A DNA stretch of 64,000 bases. It comes from Candidatus Pacearchaeota archaeon (GTDB lineage Archaea; Nanobdellota; Nanobdellia; Pacearchaeales; UBA284). Below the pieces are notes generated by a model, which was not told where the DNA came from, made no database searches, and saw nothing but the letters and a program-made list of their open reading frames with translations. Position 1 is the first letter of the stretch. Each line of letters begins with the position of its first letter. Where the stretch lies: positions 808 to 64,807 of the forward strand of contig JBNAVB010000001.1 of the NCBI GenBank assembly GCA_049699715.1, read 5' to 3'. This document shows positions 40,051-49,265 of this stretch, piece after piece. The position numbers and the translations under genes are program-made.

Positions 40051-41094
40051 CTAAAAATCGCCCAAGCCTTTCTGGCTTGCTTTTTCTTTGTGCTCATGAA
40101 TCTTTTCCAAAGCTGAAGAAACTCGCTCTTCACTGAAGTCATGTTCTGTGCATAATAACTTCTTGACAGCTTTTTCATTCACGCTCTTGAATTCTATTTT
40201 GTAATCTTTCGTGACATTTGGTTTTTTGAAAAGTTCAAAGATATCTTGCCAGTCAAAATCAGGATTGTTAATTTTGCCTTCTTCCGCGAGCTTGCCTAAA
40301 GCATTGAAAAGCAATGCCGGAGATTTATACTGCTGCACAAGTTGTAAAGCTCTTTTAGGCCCTATTCCTTTTACCCCCATAGGATTGAAATCTGTTCCGA
40401 CAAGAATGCCCAAACAAATGAGTTGTTCATGATTTATCTGCAGCGAGTTTAAAACTTGCTCAAGCTCAATCATCTCAGGCATGATAGACACATAGGCTCC
40501 TGAGGCAAGTTTTCTTTTTCTGGCGAGCGTTAAATTCTGAATGAGTCTCGGTGCCCCAAAAGCAAGCGAGTCATAATCCTGCGAGGCGACAGCATAAGCA
40601 TCGTGATTCTTGGCCATGAAAGAACATTGAGCCTCCCCTTCACTCGGAGCTTGCACAACTGAGAGTCCTAAAGCTTTCAAAAGTTCTTTTGATTCAACAA
40701 TCATCTCGTCTGTCAAATGCAAAGCCTGTCTAGAATACTTAAACATCTCTTCCTCGCTCCCTCGAGCTTTAGCCCTTTCATATTTCTCTTTTGCTTCTTC
40801 CTTGCGCGCTATTCTTTCAGAGACTGTTTCACCCTTCAACTCATGAGGCTTGCCGTCAAAAACATAAACGAGCTTTAAACCTTGGGCCATTAAATTAGTC
40901 GTCCTATAAAACAATCCCGATAGATGTGAAGTCACTCGTTTCTTGCTATCCATTAATGGGGTGCCATCAGGCTGTCTTATGTTAGCAAGAAACTGATAAA
41001 TAACATTGAAAGCATCTACCGCCAAGATTTTGCCTTTCAAATCCTCGAGCTTTATCTCTTTTTTCGGAATAATCTCTCCAATTTGCAAACCCAT
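40051..41094 (-). CDS. fen: Flap endonuclease FEN-1
   Basis: MGLQIGEIIPKKEIKLEDLKGKILAVDAFNVIYQFL N-terminal XPG-N motif, GEAQCSFMAKN and helix-hairpin-helix GIGPKRALQL; 347 aa. Confidence 0.85.
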   Translation of the reverse strand: MGLQIGEIIPKKEIKLEDLKGKILAVDAFNVIYQFLANIRQPDGTPLMDSKKRVTSHLSGLFYRTTNLMAQGLKLVYVFDGKPHELKGETVSERIARKEEAKEKYERAKARGSEEEMFKYSRQALHLTDEMIVESKELLKALGLSVVQAPSEGEAQCSFMAKNHDAYAVASQDYDSLAFGAPRLIQNLTLARKRKLASGAYVSIMPEMIELEQVLNSLQINHEQLICLGILVGTDFNPMGVKGIGPKRALQLVQQYKSPALLFNALGKLAEEGKINNPDFDWQDIFELFKKPNVTKDYKIEFKSVNEKAVKKLLCTEHDFSEERVSSALEKIHEHKEKASQKGLGDF

Positions 41095-41116
41095 AAAACA
41101 AGAAAGAAAATGAAAC

Positions 41117-41608
41117 TTAAATAATTTGCTCTAATACATCTTCGACATAGCGACTTGTTATTTCTTCAATACCCTCTGCCCTTATATAATGCTCATAACA
41201 AATATAATCATCGCCCCTTATTTTTTTATAGAGAATCCTTGCTTCAATCCTGTCTGAATCCACAAAAACCTCATATGTCCTGAATTCAGAAGGGTATATT
41301 ATCCTTAAGAGAATCTCTTCCTCAGTCGGGGAATATTTTTTCCTCATAAATGTAGGGACATCAAATTCTGTGGTGCCTCCTATAAATATTATTGGCCCGC
41401 CGAATTTTTGGCTTATTTCTTTAAGATATTTTTCATCTATGAACTCTGCAAAATTAGGCAATTCCCTCTTTATCTCGAATGTATTGAAAAAATAAGCTTG
41501 TCTTTCAATTTTTTTAAATTTGTTTTTGGACGTTCCGATAAATGCCATCTCCTTGAGACAAGCTTCCATCTCATTCAATTCCGCTTGTTTTAATTTGTGA
41601 GATTTCAT
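41117..41608 (-). CDS. Hypothetical protein
   Basis: 163-aa ORF; no motif. Confidence 0.35.
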   Translation of the reverse strand: MKSHKLKQAELNEMEACLKEMAFIGTSKNKFKKIERQAYFFNTFEIKRELPNFAEFIDEKYLKEISQKFGGPIIFIGGTTEFDVPTFMRKKYSPTEEEILLRIIYPSEFRTYEVFVDSDRIEARILYKKIRGDDYICYEHYIRAEGIEEITSRYVEDVLEQII

Positions 41609-41614
41609 TTTGAT

Positions 41615-41863
41615 TCATCCGACATATTTGCCTGCGTAAGTCAAGAGATAATTAAATAGTGCTCCTATCTGCAAATTATCATAGCCTCTCGCGTTCAAAT
41701 CCTGTTTTCCGCCGGGTCCGAACCTCTTAGGGAAATATTTTATTAGGAGCTCTTTTTTCCTTTTGACATCTTTTTCGAAACTCGTGGAAAGCCCAGCGCT
41801 ATCTCTGTGGAATCGTCTGTAAATTTCTTCTCTCCTTAATCGCCATTCTAAACTTCTAGCCAT
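41615..41863 (-). CDS. Hypothetical small basic protein
   Basis: 82-aa Arg/Lys-rich ORF. Confidence 0.3.
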   Translation of the reverse strand: MARSLEWRLRREEIYRRFHRDSAGLSTSFEKDVKRKKELLIKYFPKRFGPGGKQDLNARGYDNLQIGALFNYLLTYAGKYVG

Positions 41864-41881
41864 TTTTTATTTTTTTCTTTT

Positions 41882-42565
41882 TTATTTCTTTTTCTCTTTA
41901 CCATTTAAACAATCTCTTATATTATAAAATTTGTTTTTGACTTTCGTGTTATGCCTCGGGTCTTTATTCCAATATTTAAGAACATAAATTGCAGAATCTG
42001 GGGCTTCAATTTTTTTCTGGTTCATGTGGTGTCTTAAAAAAAAAGCGGCATACTTATGCTGATAGTCTGGGTTCAATAACAATCTGTGTCCTTTGAGATT
42101 GTTAACTGTATTGGCAGTAGAATCATGTTTTTTTATTTGCTCTTCAAGCCATCTGTGGTTAGTTTCATTTATAGAATAATAACCCCAAGAAAATTTTTTT
42201 AAATTTCTGTCAGTCACCATATTCTCGACTCCGGTTTCAATGATAGCCAATGAAAGTAGCAATTCCTGCGGTACCTTATACTCTTTGCTTGCGATATAAG
42301 AACCTTTAGCAAAAGAATAAGCTTCATTATAGTCTAAAGTATCGCCCCAGTATGCTTTATGTTCTGTCTGGATAATCTTTACAAATTTGCTTAAATATTC
42401 TTCAAGTTTTTCTCGCTCCTTTTTCTTTGCTTGCCATTCAAGGAAAGCAGGGATCCCTTTAAGAGCAGCCACTGAAGCCAAACATCCTAACAGTATCCAT
42501 CTTCCTATTTTGGGCATTTTTTTGTATTTGATATCGTTAATTTTGTTACCATCAAAAAATAACAC
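41882..42565 (-). CDS. Hypothetical membrane-anchored protein
   Basis: N-terminal TM helix (IGRWILLGCLASVAAL); no motif in the soluble part. Confidence 0.4.
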   Translation of the reverse strand: MLFFDGNKINDIKYKKMPKIGRWILLGCLASVAALKGIPAFLEWQAKKKEREKLEEYLSKFVKIIQTEHKAYWGDTLDYNEAYSFAKGSYIASKEYKVPQELLLSLAIIETGVENMVTDRNLKKFSWGYYSINETNHRWLEEQIKKHDSTANTVNNLKGHRLLLNPDYQHKYAAFFLRHHMNQKKIEAPDSAIYVLKYWNKDPRHNTKVKNKFYNIRDCLNGKEKKK

Positions 42566-42643
42566 TTATTTATAAATCTTTGCTTTAGTAAACGCCTTAG
42601 AAAACAGAATTAGATTTATAAGATAAAGCCGCTTGCTCAATAT

Positions 42644-45103
42644 ATGCTTACATTAAATTTTATTCCAGTAGACTATGATTACTTTGATTGGCAGTCTCGC
42701 AATTACGTGAAAATAATCGGCCGCGATGATAAAGGCAGACGAATATGCCTTGTGGACAGCTTCGAGCCCTATTTATGGGCAATCTTCAAGCAAGGCACGA
42801 GCGAGAAAAAAATAAAAGAAATCCAGCAAAAGATAGAAAAAATAAAAATCGAGCAGCCAAGCCGTAAAACTGCAGTAGAAAAAACCCAAGTCCTCGAGAA
42901 AAAATTTCTTGGAAAGCCAGTCAAAGCTCTCAAGATATTCATAACCAACTATAAGGATGCTCACCTAGTCGCAGACAAAATAGACTTTCTAGAAATCGAA
43001 GCCCGCAGAGAGTACGATTTGAACCTAATTACAAAATATATAATTGACAAGAAACTCGCGCCTTTGACTTGGCATAAAATTTCAGGAGATTTAATCGATT
43101 CTTCTGATTTTGGGGGCTTATCAAACTTGATAGATGTTGATGTTTGTATTAAAGTAGAGAAAATAGAAAAGATTGAGCCAGAGTTAAAGTTTGAGCCAAA
43201 GATTATGGCTTACGATATAGAGGCGGATGAATTCGAGATTGGCCGTGGCGAGATTCTGATGATTTCTCTTGTTGGAAAAAACTTCAAGAGAGTTCTGACG
43301 TGGAAGCGCGTTCCTCGAGCTCCTGATTTCGTTGAATTCTGTAAAAACGAAGCCGAGATGATTGAAAAATTTGTAGAGCATATAAAAAAAGAACAGCCAG
43401 ACATCTTAGTGGGCTATTTTTCAGATGGCTTTGACTTGCCTTATCTCCGAGCGCGAGCCGAGAAATTTAAAGTTAAGCTTGCTCTTGGTTTAGATGATTC
43501 CCCGCCAACATTCGCCAGAGGCCGCGTCACTTCTGCGCGAATCAATGGGATAGTTCATGTTGATTTGCTTCGCTTTATTGAAACAATCTACTCGCCATAT
43601 ATGCAGTCCGAAACTTTAAGTTTGGATGAAGTTGCTACCGAGTTTCTTGGCGAGGGCAAAAAGGATTTCAAATTCAAGCATTCCACAAGACTCAAGGAAC
43701 ATGAATGGCTTGATTACTTTGAATATAACTTGCAAGATTCTATACTCACTTACAAGCTAACAGAAAAATTCTGGCCGGACATGCAAGAGTTCTGTAAAAT
43801 TATTCAAGAGCCAGCGTTCGAGATAACCCGTGACGGGATGTCGCAGCTCGTTGAAGGTTACATTTTACATCATCTCTATGAATATGATGAAATCGCTGAA
43901 AAAAGGCCGTTACACGATGAAATCGAGCAGAGAAGGGCTCAGGGCAAGTACGAAGGCGCTTTTGTTTTTCAGCCCACTCCCGGTTTGTATGAGAACATTG
44001 TGATGTTTGATTTTACAAGTATGTATTCTTCTGTAATTGTAACTTACAATCTCTCAAAAGCAACTCTTCTCACGAGCAAAAAAACTGAAAATGAAGCTTA
44101 CAAAGCCGAACTCGAAGAAGGCAAAGTTTATTTTTCGAAAAATCAAGGTTTTTTCCCGTTGATGCTTAAAGATATGGTAGAGAAAAGAAAAAAATACAAA
44201 GAAGAATACAAAAAAGATCCTTCCCCTGTTAGAAGAGCTCGGAGCAATGCTTATAAATTGCTTGCCAACGCCTGCTACGGTTACCAGGGTTTTTTTGGAG
44301 CGAGATATTATTGCAGGGAAGCTGCTGCCGCCACAGCCGCTCTCGCAAGAAAAGCAATTCTCACAACAATTGACAAGATAAAAAACGCAGATTATCAAGT
44401 TATTTATTCTGACACAGATTCTATCGCGTTTTTGTTAGGAAAACACAAAAAATCCGAGGCTCTCGAATTCCTGAAAAAACTCAATTCCGAGCTACCGGGA
44501 ATAATGGAGATGGAACTCGAAGATTTCTATGCTCGAGGAATATGGGTTACAAAGAGGACAGGCGAGTTCGGCGCAAAGAAAAAATATGCCTTGATAACAG
44601 AAGAAGGCAAATTAAAAGTCAGGGGCTTTGAAACTGTTAGGCGAGACTGGTGCAATTTGGCTCGAGAGTTACAAAACCAAGTTCTTTTGAGAATCTTGAA
44701 AGAAGGTAATGAAAAAAGTGCTCTCGAACATACAAAAGAAATAATCAAAAGGCTTAAAGAAAGGAAAGTCAGCAAAGAAGACATAATTATTAGAACTCAA
44801 CTTAAGAAGCCAATTTCAGAGTATAAATCCATCACTCCCCATGTCATTGCAGCCAAAAAAATGGAAGAAGCCAACATTCCTGTGGACGCAGGCATGCTTA
44901 TAAGTTATTTCATCGCTGAAACCCGCGACACCAAGAAACTTGTTCGTGAGAAAGTCAAGCTTCCAGATGAAAAAGGAGAGTATAACATCAAATATTATCT
45001 GGAACATCAAATAATTCCGGCAGTCGAGAACATCTTTGAGGTTTTTGGCATCAAGAAAGGCGAGTTGTTAGGAAAACAACAGAAAAAGCTGATGGAATTT
45101 TGA
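42644..45103 (+). CDS. polB: DNA polymerase, family B
   Basis: Exo I (IMAYDIEAD), polymerase motif A (DFTSMYSSVIVTYNLS), motif B (K.L.NA.YGY.G), motif C (YSDTDSIAF); 819 aa. Confidence 0.85.
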   Translation: MLTLNFIPVDYDYFDWQSRNYVKIIGRDDKGRRICLVDSFEPYLWAIFKQGTSEKKIKEIQQKIEKIKIEQPSRKTAVEKTQVLEKKFLGKPVKALKIFITNYKDAHLVADKIDFLEIEARREYDLNLITKYIIDKKLAPLTWHKISGDLIDSSDFGGLSNLIDVDVCIKVEKIEKIEPELKFEPKIMAYDIEADEFEIGRGEILMISLVGKNFKRVLTWKRVPRAPDFVEFCKNEAEMIEKFVEHIKKEQPDILVGYFSDGFDLPYLRARAEKFKVKLALGLDDSPPTFARGRVTSARINGIVHVDLLRFIETIYSPYMQSETLSLDEVATEFLGEGKKDFKFKHSTRLKEHEWLDYFEYNLQDSILTYKLTEKFWPDMQEFCKIIQEPAFEITRDGMSQLVEGYILHHLYEYDEIAEKRPLHDEIEQRRAQGKYEGAFVFQPTPGLYENIVMFDFTSMYSSVIVTYNLSKATLLTSKKTENEAYKAELEEGKVYFSKNQGFFPLMLKDMVEKRKKYKEEYKKDPSPVRRARSNAYKLLANACYGYQGFFGARYYCREAAAATAALARKAILTTIDKIKNADYQVIYSDTDSIAFLLGKHKKSEALEFLKKLNSELPGIMEMELEDFYARGIWVTKRTGEFGAKKKYALITEEGKLKVRGFETVRRDWCNLARELQNQVLLRILKEGNEKSALEHTKEIIKRLKERKVSKEDIIIRTQLKKPISEYKSITPHVIAAKKMEEANIPVDAGMLISYFIAETRDTKKLVREKVKLPDEKGEYNIKYYLEHQIIPAVENIFEVFGIKKGELLGKQQKKLMEF

Positions 45104-45113
45104 ATTCTAATAA

Positions 45114-45788
45114 TCAAAACTCACCGAGCTTTTTCTGTCCTTTTTTGCCTTCTTGATTCTTCCAAGTTTGCCATGATTTTCTGATGAGGCCAATCTTTGC
45201 AAGTTCTTTGGCCTTAGGGGTTTTCAAAAACTTAACACACAAGGGGTCAGAAGGATAGCCACTTCCGCACTCAATGTCATATTCGCGCCTTATCTTTTCC
45301 ATTTCCGAGTCTCGCGTAACTTTTGCCAAGATACTCGCTGCAGAGCAGACCGGATGATGGACATCAGCTTTATGCTCGCATTTCAAAACAATTTTATCTA
45401 TATTGTTCACATGAGACAAAACATAATTTCGCCATGCCATTACATTATTTGAAGGGCAATCTATAATAACTTCCGCTTGAGTGATATTTTTTATCAAAAT
45501 ATTTATGATTTCTGCTGATTTGAGCGCTTCAATCTTGTTCAAGTTGATCTTCTGCTCAAGCATTGAATCAATCTCACTTGCCGTTGTTTTTAAAATCACA
45601 TACGCATTAGCAATTTTCTTGATTTCTCTGGCAAGAAATTCTCGATGCTGTGGTGAAAGCATCTTAGAATCCTTAACTTTGATAAGCTTTAACTTGGCTT
45701 CCTGTTTCTCGTCAACGAGAATACCTGCTAAAACCATTGGCCCTATAACTGGGCCCCTGCCAGCATCATCTATCCCGATTTTAAACAT
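45114..45788 (-). CDS. rnhB: Ribonuclease HII (start at internal Met)
   Basis: MFKIGIDDAGRGPVIGPMVLAGI N-terminus and the DSK...E...D catalytic pattern of RNase HII; 224 aa. Confidence 0.8.
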   Translation of the reverse strand: MFKIGIDDAGRGPVIGPMVLAGILVDEKQEAKLKLIKVKDSKMLSPQHREFLAREIKKIANAYVILKTTASEIDSMLEQKINLNKIEALKSAEIINILIKNITQAEVIIDCPSNNVMAWRNYVLSHVNNIDKIVLKCEHKADVHHPVCSAASILAKVTRDSEMEKIRREYDIECGSGYPSDPLCVKFLKTPKAKELAKIGLIRKSWQTWKNQEGKKGQKKLGEF

Positions 45789-45815
45789 CGTAGTTACCTC
45801 TTTATCTAAAAAGAG

Positions 45816-45944
45816 TAGCGGGGGCGGGATTTGAACCACGCGACCTCAAGGTTATGGGCCCTTCGCTTTTGTTTTAAAACAAAATTGCGAGCTAACCAGG
45901 CTGCTTTGGGCAACACTTATTGTTTTTAGTGTTTCCACCCCGCT
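45816..45944 (-). tRNA. Probable initiator tRNA-Met(CAT) with two non-canonical introns (D-arm and anticodon-stem positions); irregular T-stem
   Basis: Minus strand: A1:U72 acceptor pair (AGCGGGG/CCCCGCU), A11:U24 in the D-stem, GGG/CCU in the anticodon stem and a CCCAUAA loop, T-loop TTCAAAT. Two inserted hairpins (~29 nt after position 10; ~24 nt perfect palindrome TTTTGTTTTAAAACAAAA between 27 and 28) must be removed to give a 76-nt cloverleaf. One unpaired U remains in the T-stem and position 33 is C, so a degenerate gene is possible. Confidence 0.4.
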
Positions 45945-46012
45945 ATACCTGGAAAAACCATAAAGGTCTATCCCCGCAATAGTTTATCGAAGATAATCCT
46001 TATAAAGTTTTC

Positions 46013-46645
46013 TTATAAGAACTTTTCTGCACGTCGTTTATATAACTCATTCGAACTGCCCACTACATCAAACCATTTTTTCAATTCTTTTTTACCACTT
46101 ATTCTAATTTTTAATTTGCCTTTTTCTAATCGCTGAATTCTATAAGAAAAATTGTTTTCTTTTAAGATATCTATAATTTGTTTCTGCGCTGGGCAAGGAG
46201 ACATTCTAATTTCTATTCTAGGATAAAGAATCCCATTATTTCTAAATATAGTCACAGAACCATCAGTATCAAATAAGCCTCTTAAAACTAACAAAGCCAG
46301 TCTTCCTTTAACATAGTCTTTAGGAATTTCCATTCTGTTCCATTTTGGAGATTTTTTAAGTCCAAGGACATTTATAGCATAAAGTACCTTATCTTTTCTG
46401 AAAATTCTTATATCTGTAGCATTTTCACTTTTTTTGAAATGCACTTTTGGAGGGAGTCCCATTACTTCTTTCATTAAATTAAAAACATGGCCAATATATT
46501 GCTTATTTCTAGAATCGAGGGTAACTTTCAATTGGTGTAATTTTTTACTTTTATTTTCTTGTTTAAAATCATAAATACCTATACTTCCGTCTCCCAACAT
46601 TACTCCTATGAATTCGGCGATTTTCTCCTCTTTTAATTTTGCCAT
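46013..46645 (-). mobile_element. Free-standing LAGLIDADG homing endonuclease gene (two-motif, single-chain type)
   Basis: Two LAGLIDADG motifs, IGVMLGDGSI and LRGLFDTDGSV, about 100 aa apart; 210 aa. Sits between two tRNA genes, 12 nt from the next tRNA. Confidence 0.65.
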
Positions 46646-46656
46646 CTTATAAAAAA

Positions 46657-46731
46657 TGGGGCTGCCCGGATTTGAACCGGGGCCGCGAGTGCCCTAGACT
46701 CGTATACTAGACCAAGCTATACTACAGCCCC
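46657..46731 (-). tRNA. tRNA with apparent anticodon AGG (Pro) — unusual A34; no encoded CCA
   Basis: Minus strand GGGGCUG/CAGCCCC acceptor, T-arm CCCGGUUCAAAUCCGGG, anticodon stem CGAGU/ACUCG with loop CUAGGGC. D-stem weak (GUAU/GUAU with G:U pairs). Confidence 0.55.
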
Positions 46732-46769
46732 ATAATAAATCTTAAATATATAGCTTTATTAAGATTTTC

Positions 46770-47006
46770 ATGTCAGGAAAAGGTGAGGGCAAGTATGAAT
46801 TAAAAGGAGCAAAAGTCTATTTACATGAGCAAGGCAAATCACGAGCCAGAATAACTCATATAGATATAGAGCATCCTAAAATTGCTGAAATTATCAAGGA
46901 AGGCGAGGCAACGTATTGCGCTGGCAAATCAGGAGGTTGTTTTATTGGACTAAAGCGAGAAATGCTTGAAAGAGCCGGGAAATTAATTAAAAAAAGCGAG
47001 AATTAA
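46770..47006 (+). CDS. Hypothetical small protein
   Basis: 78-aa ORF; no motif. Confidence 0.3.
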   Translation: MSGKGEGKYELKGAKVYLHEQGKSRARITHIDIEHPKIAEIIKEGEATYCAGKSGGCFIGLKREMLERAGKLIKKSEN

Positions 47007-47116
47007 AGTGACGTCCTCTTCGGGCTAAACGAAGTTTCCAATAGGACAACATCAGCATCATCATATTAAAATATCAGAGAAATTAAACAAAGAAATTAAA
47101 TTTTCTTTGCATAAAA

Positions 47117-47431
47117 ATGAGTTTAACTAAGAGAGTAGAAGAATTTTTTGAAATAAGTGCTAATATCAACTTTGGTTCTGTGTTTCCCTATCTTGGTTCT
47201 GCTACTTTTTCTTTTTATAATATTCTTGATGGAAGCAATAGCAACGACTGGCTCCTGAACGGTGCAGCCACAGCCTCATTAATAATCGGCTTTTGTATTT
47301 CCGGGATTAGTTACTCGATTTATAAAAGCATAGAATCAAGGCCCGAAGAACTTGAAGAAATAGAAGGGGCTACAAACAACAGATTAATCAAGAATGTAAT
47401 AAACTATTATAAAAGAACCAACAAGAAATAA
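47117..47431 (+). CDS. Hypothetical small membrane protein
   Basis: 104-aa ORF with hydrophobic segments. Confidence 0.3.
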   Translation: MSLTKRVEEFFEISANINFGSVFPYLGSATFSFYNILDGSNSNDWLLNGAATASLIIGFCISGISYSIYKSIESRPEELEEIEGATNNRLIKNVINYYKRTNKK

Positions 47432-47463
47432 ATTTAAAAGTTCTTGATTCTTCATAAATTTAA

Positions 47464-47587
47464 GCCGCGATGGCCCAATGGTAAGGCGCAGGTTTGCTAA
47501 AGAATCTTTTTAGAAAAAAGATTCTATCAAAAAATGCAAACAACCTGTTTCCGAAAGGATATCTGGGTTCAATTCCCAGTCGCGGCG
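47464..47587 (+). tRNA. tRNA-Ser(GCT) with a ~42-nt intron at the canonical 37/38 site and a long variable arm
   Basis: Acceptor GCCGCGA/TCGCGGC, anticodon stem CAGGT/ACCTG with loop TTGCTA|intron|A, variable-arm hairpin TTCCGAAAGGA, T-arm CTGGGTTCAATTCCCAG. Confidence 0.75.
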
Positions 47588-47650
47588 TTTTTTTTTATTC
47601 TTCTCGCATATTCTCGCAACCTTTTTAAAGCAAGACTTTCTTACACTTTA

Positions 47651-48598
47651 ATGCCGCGAAAAAAGAAAACTGAAGAAACCAAAATAGAAGAAAAAATCGA
47701 AGAAGTAATAGAAAAACCAGAAGAAGTCAGGGAAGTAGTGGAAGATAAACCAAAGAAAGAGAAGGAAGAAGTTGGAGAGAAGGAAGGAGAGAAAATAAAA
47801 GAAAAAGAAGTCCTGCTCGTGCCTCTTGAAGAGTATATCAAGGCAGCTGTTCATCTTGGAACTAGGGCGATAACTCCCGACATGAGGCAGTATGTCTACA
47901 GAAGAAAGGCCGATGGGATAGCAGTCCTTAACACAAAAAAGATTGATGAGAAAATAGCTGTCGCTGCCAAATTCCTCGCGCAGTTCGAACCGAAAGACAT
48001 GCTTGTCTGCTGCAAGCGCGAGGTTGGATGGAAAAGTCTTGAGGCTTTCAAGGAAGCTTTAGGCGACGTGAAGATTTTTATGAGATATCCTGCCGGCATT
48101 ATAACCAACTCAGACTTAGAGAACTTTTTCGAACCCAAAGTTCTGTTTATCGTTGACCCCTGGCTTGACAAAAATGCGTTGCATGATGCTACAAGAATTA
48201 ACATTCCTGTTGTTGCACTATGCGATACCAACAATGTAACCACAAATATCGATATAGTCGTTCCTTGCAACAACAAGGCTCCCAAAAGTATAGGCTTAGT
48301 GCTCTATCTCATAGCGAAGCTTTATCTTGAAAAGAAAGGGATAAAAAAGAAACTTAATCCTCGCGATTTTTATGAGATAGAAGAAAGCGAAGTCAAAGAG
48401 ACAGCAGGCAGAAAAAGGCTGAAAGAAGAGCTTCTCAAGAGAATTCAGCTCGATGAAGAAAAGAAAGAATCAGAGAAAAAAGAAACAAAAGAAAAGAAGG
48501 AAAGAGAAGCCGAGAAAGAAAGCAAAGAGAAAAAGGAAACAGAAGAAGTGGAGAGGGAAGAAAAGGAAGAGAGAAAGAGCGAAGAAACGATGGAATAA
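47651..48598 (+). CDS. rps2: 30S ribosomal protein S2 (uS2) with Lys/Glu-rich N- and C-terminal extensions; start moved downstream of the tRNA
   Basis: Core VHLGTRAITPDMRQYVYRRKADGIAVLNTKKIDEKIAVAAKFL...VDPWLDKNALHDATRINIPVVALCDTNN matches archaeal/eukaryotic uS2. The ORF-track start at 47534 lies inside tRNA-Ser; first Met after the tRNA is at 47651. Confidence 0.8.
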   Translation: MPRKKKTEETKIEEKIEEVIEKPEEVREVVEDKPKKEKEEVGEKEGEKIKEKEVLLVPLEEYIKAAVHLGTRAITPDMRQYVYRRKADGIAVLNTKKIDEKIAVAAKFLAQFEPKDMLVCCKREVGWKSLEAFKEALGDVKIFMRYPAGIITNSDLENFFEPKVLFIVDPWLDKNALHDATRINIPVVALCDTNNVTTNIDIVVPCNNKAPKSIGLVLYLIAKLYLEKKGIKKKLNPRDFYEIEESEVKETAGRKRLKEELLKRIQLDEEKKESEKKETKEKKEREAEKESKEKKETEEVEREEKEERKSEETME

Positions 48599-48653
48599 GC
48601 ACTGCGAGGCGAGGATTTTTAAATTTCTAATTCTTTAGATTATAGATGATTAT

Positions 48654-48725
48654 GCCTCGGTAGCTCAACGGCAGAGCATCTGCTTCGTAAGCAGGCGGTT
48701 GTGGGTTCAAATCCCATCCGAGGCT
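48654..48725 (+). tRNA. tRNA-Thr(CGT)
   Basis: GCCTCGG/CCGAGGC acceptor, D-arm GCTCAACGGCAGAGC, anticodon loop TTCGTAA, T-arm GTGGGTTCAAATCCCAT; intronless. Confidence 0.85.
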
Positions 48726-48729
48726 CTCT

Positions 48730-49248
48730 TTATTTTTTGTTCCCTTTCTGGAAGCTTAGAAAATCAGCAATGCTCTCCTCTTTTTCTTCTAGAACTTTGC
48801 CATTGAAGCAATCCACATGTATCCTCAAGATTTTCAGGCAATCCATAAGGCATGTAACATTCCACAATTGAACATTGTTTATTTTCTGCAGCACAATGAA
48901 TATTTTGCTTATGTTGAATTCTGTCAGGGCTCTCCTTTTAATCTCGCCTTCAATTATTTTCTTCAGCTTTTCAATATCTATCTTTATTTTTTCATCTAGC
49001 GCGCTCAACTCGCTTGTCGGATTGATTTCATCTTCTTTGTATTCAATTTTGCCTTCTTCGCTGACAAGAAAGGTTGCCACCTTAGTCTTGCCGATGATAT
49101 AATCAAGCTGCTGTGTCTCGAGCTCGAGCTTCGAGTTAAGCGCGAAGAAAGCGCTAAATAAGAACGTGTTCTTATGCTTTTCCTTGAATCTTTTGAATTC
49201 CTTGCTGCCTTGCAGAATTTTCAGAGAATTTTGAAATGACATTATCAA
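48730..49248 (-). CDS. Hypothetical protein
   Basis: 172-aa ORF, predicted helical; no motif. Confidence 0.35.
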   Translation of the reverse strand: MIMSFQNSLKILQGSKEFKRFKEKHKNTFLFSAFFALNSKLELETQQLDYIIGKTKVATFLVSEEGKIEYKEDEINPTSELSALDEKIKIDIEKLKKIIEGEIKRRALTEFNISKIFIVLQKINNVQLWNVTCLMDCLKILRIHVDCFNGKVLEEKEESIADFLSFQKGNKK

Positions 49249-49265
49249 TTGTTATGTTATTTATA

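Noticed and set aside
47534-47650. Upstream extension of the S2 ORF starting at 47534
   Set aside because: That stretch overlaps the tRNA-Ser gene; the first Met downstream of the tRNA (47651) gives a sensible S2 N-terminus.
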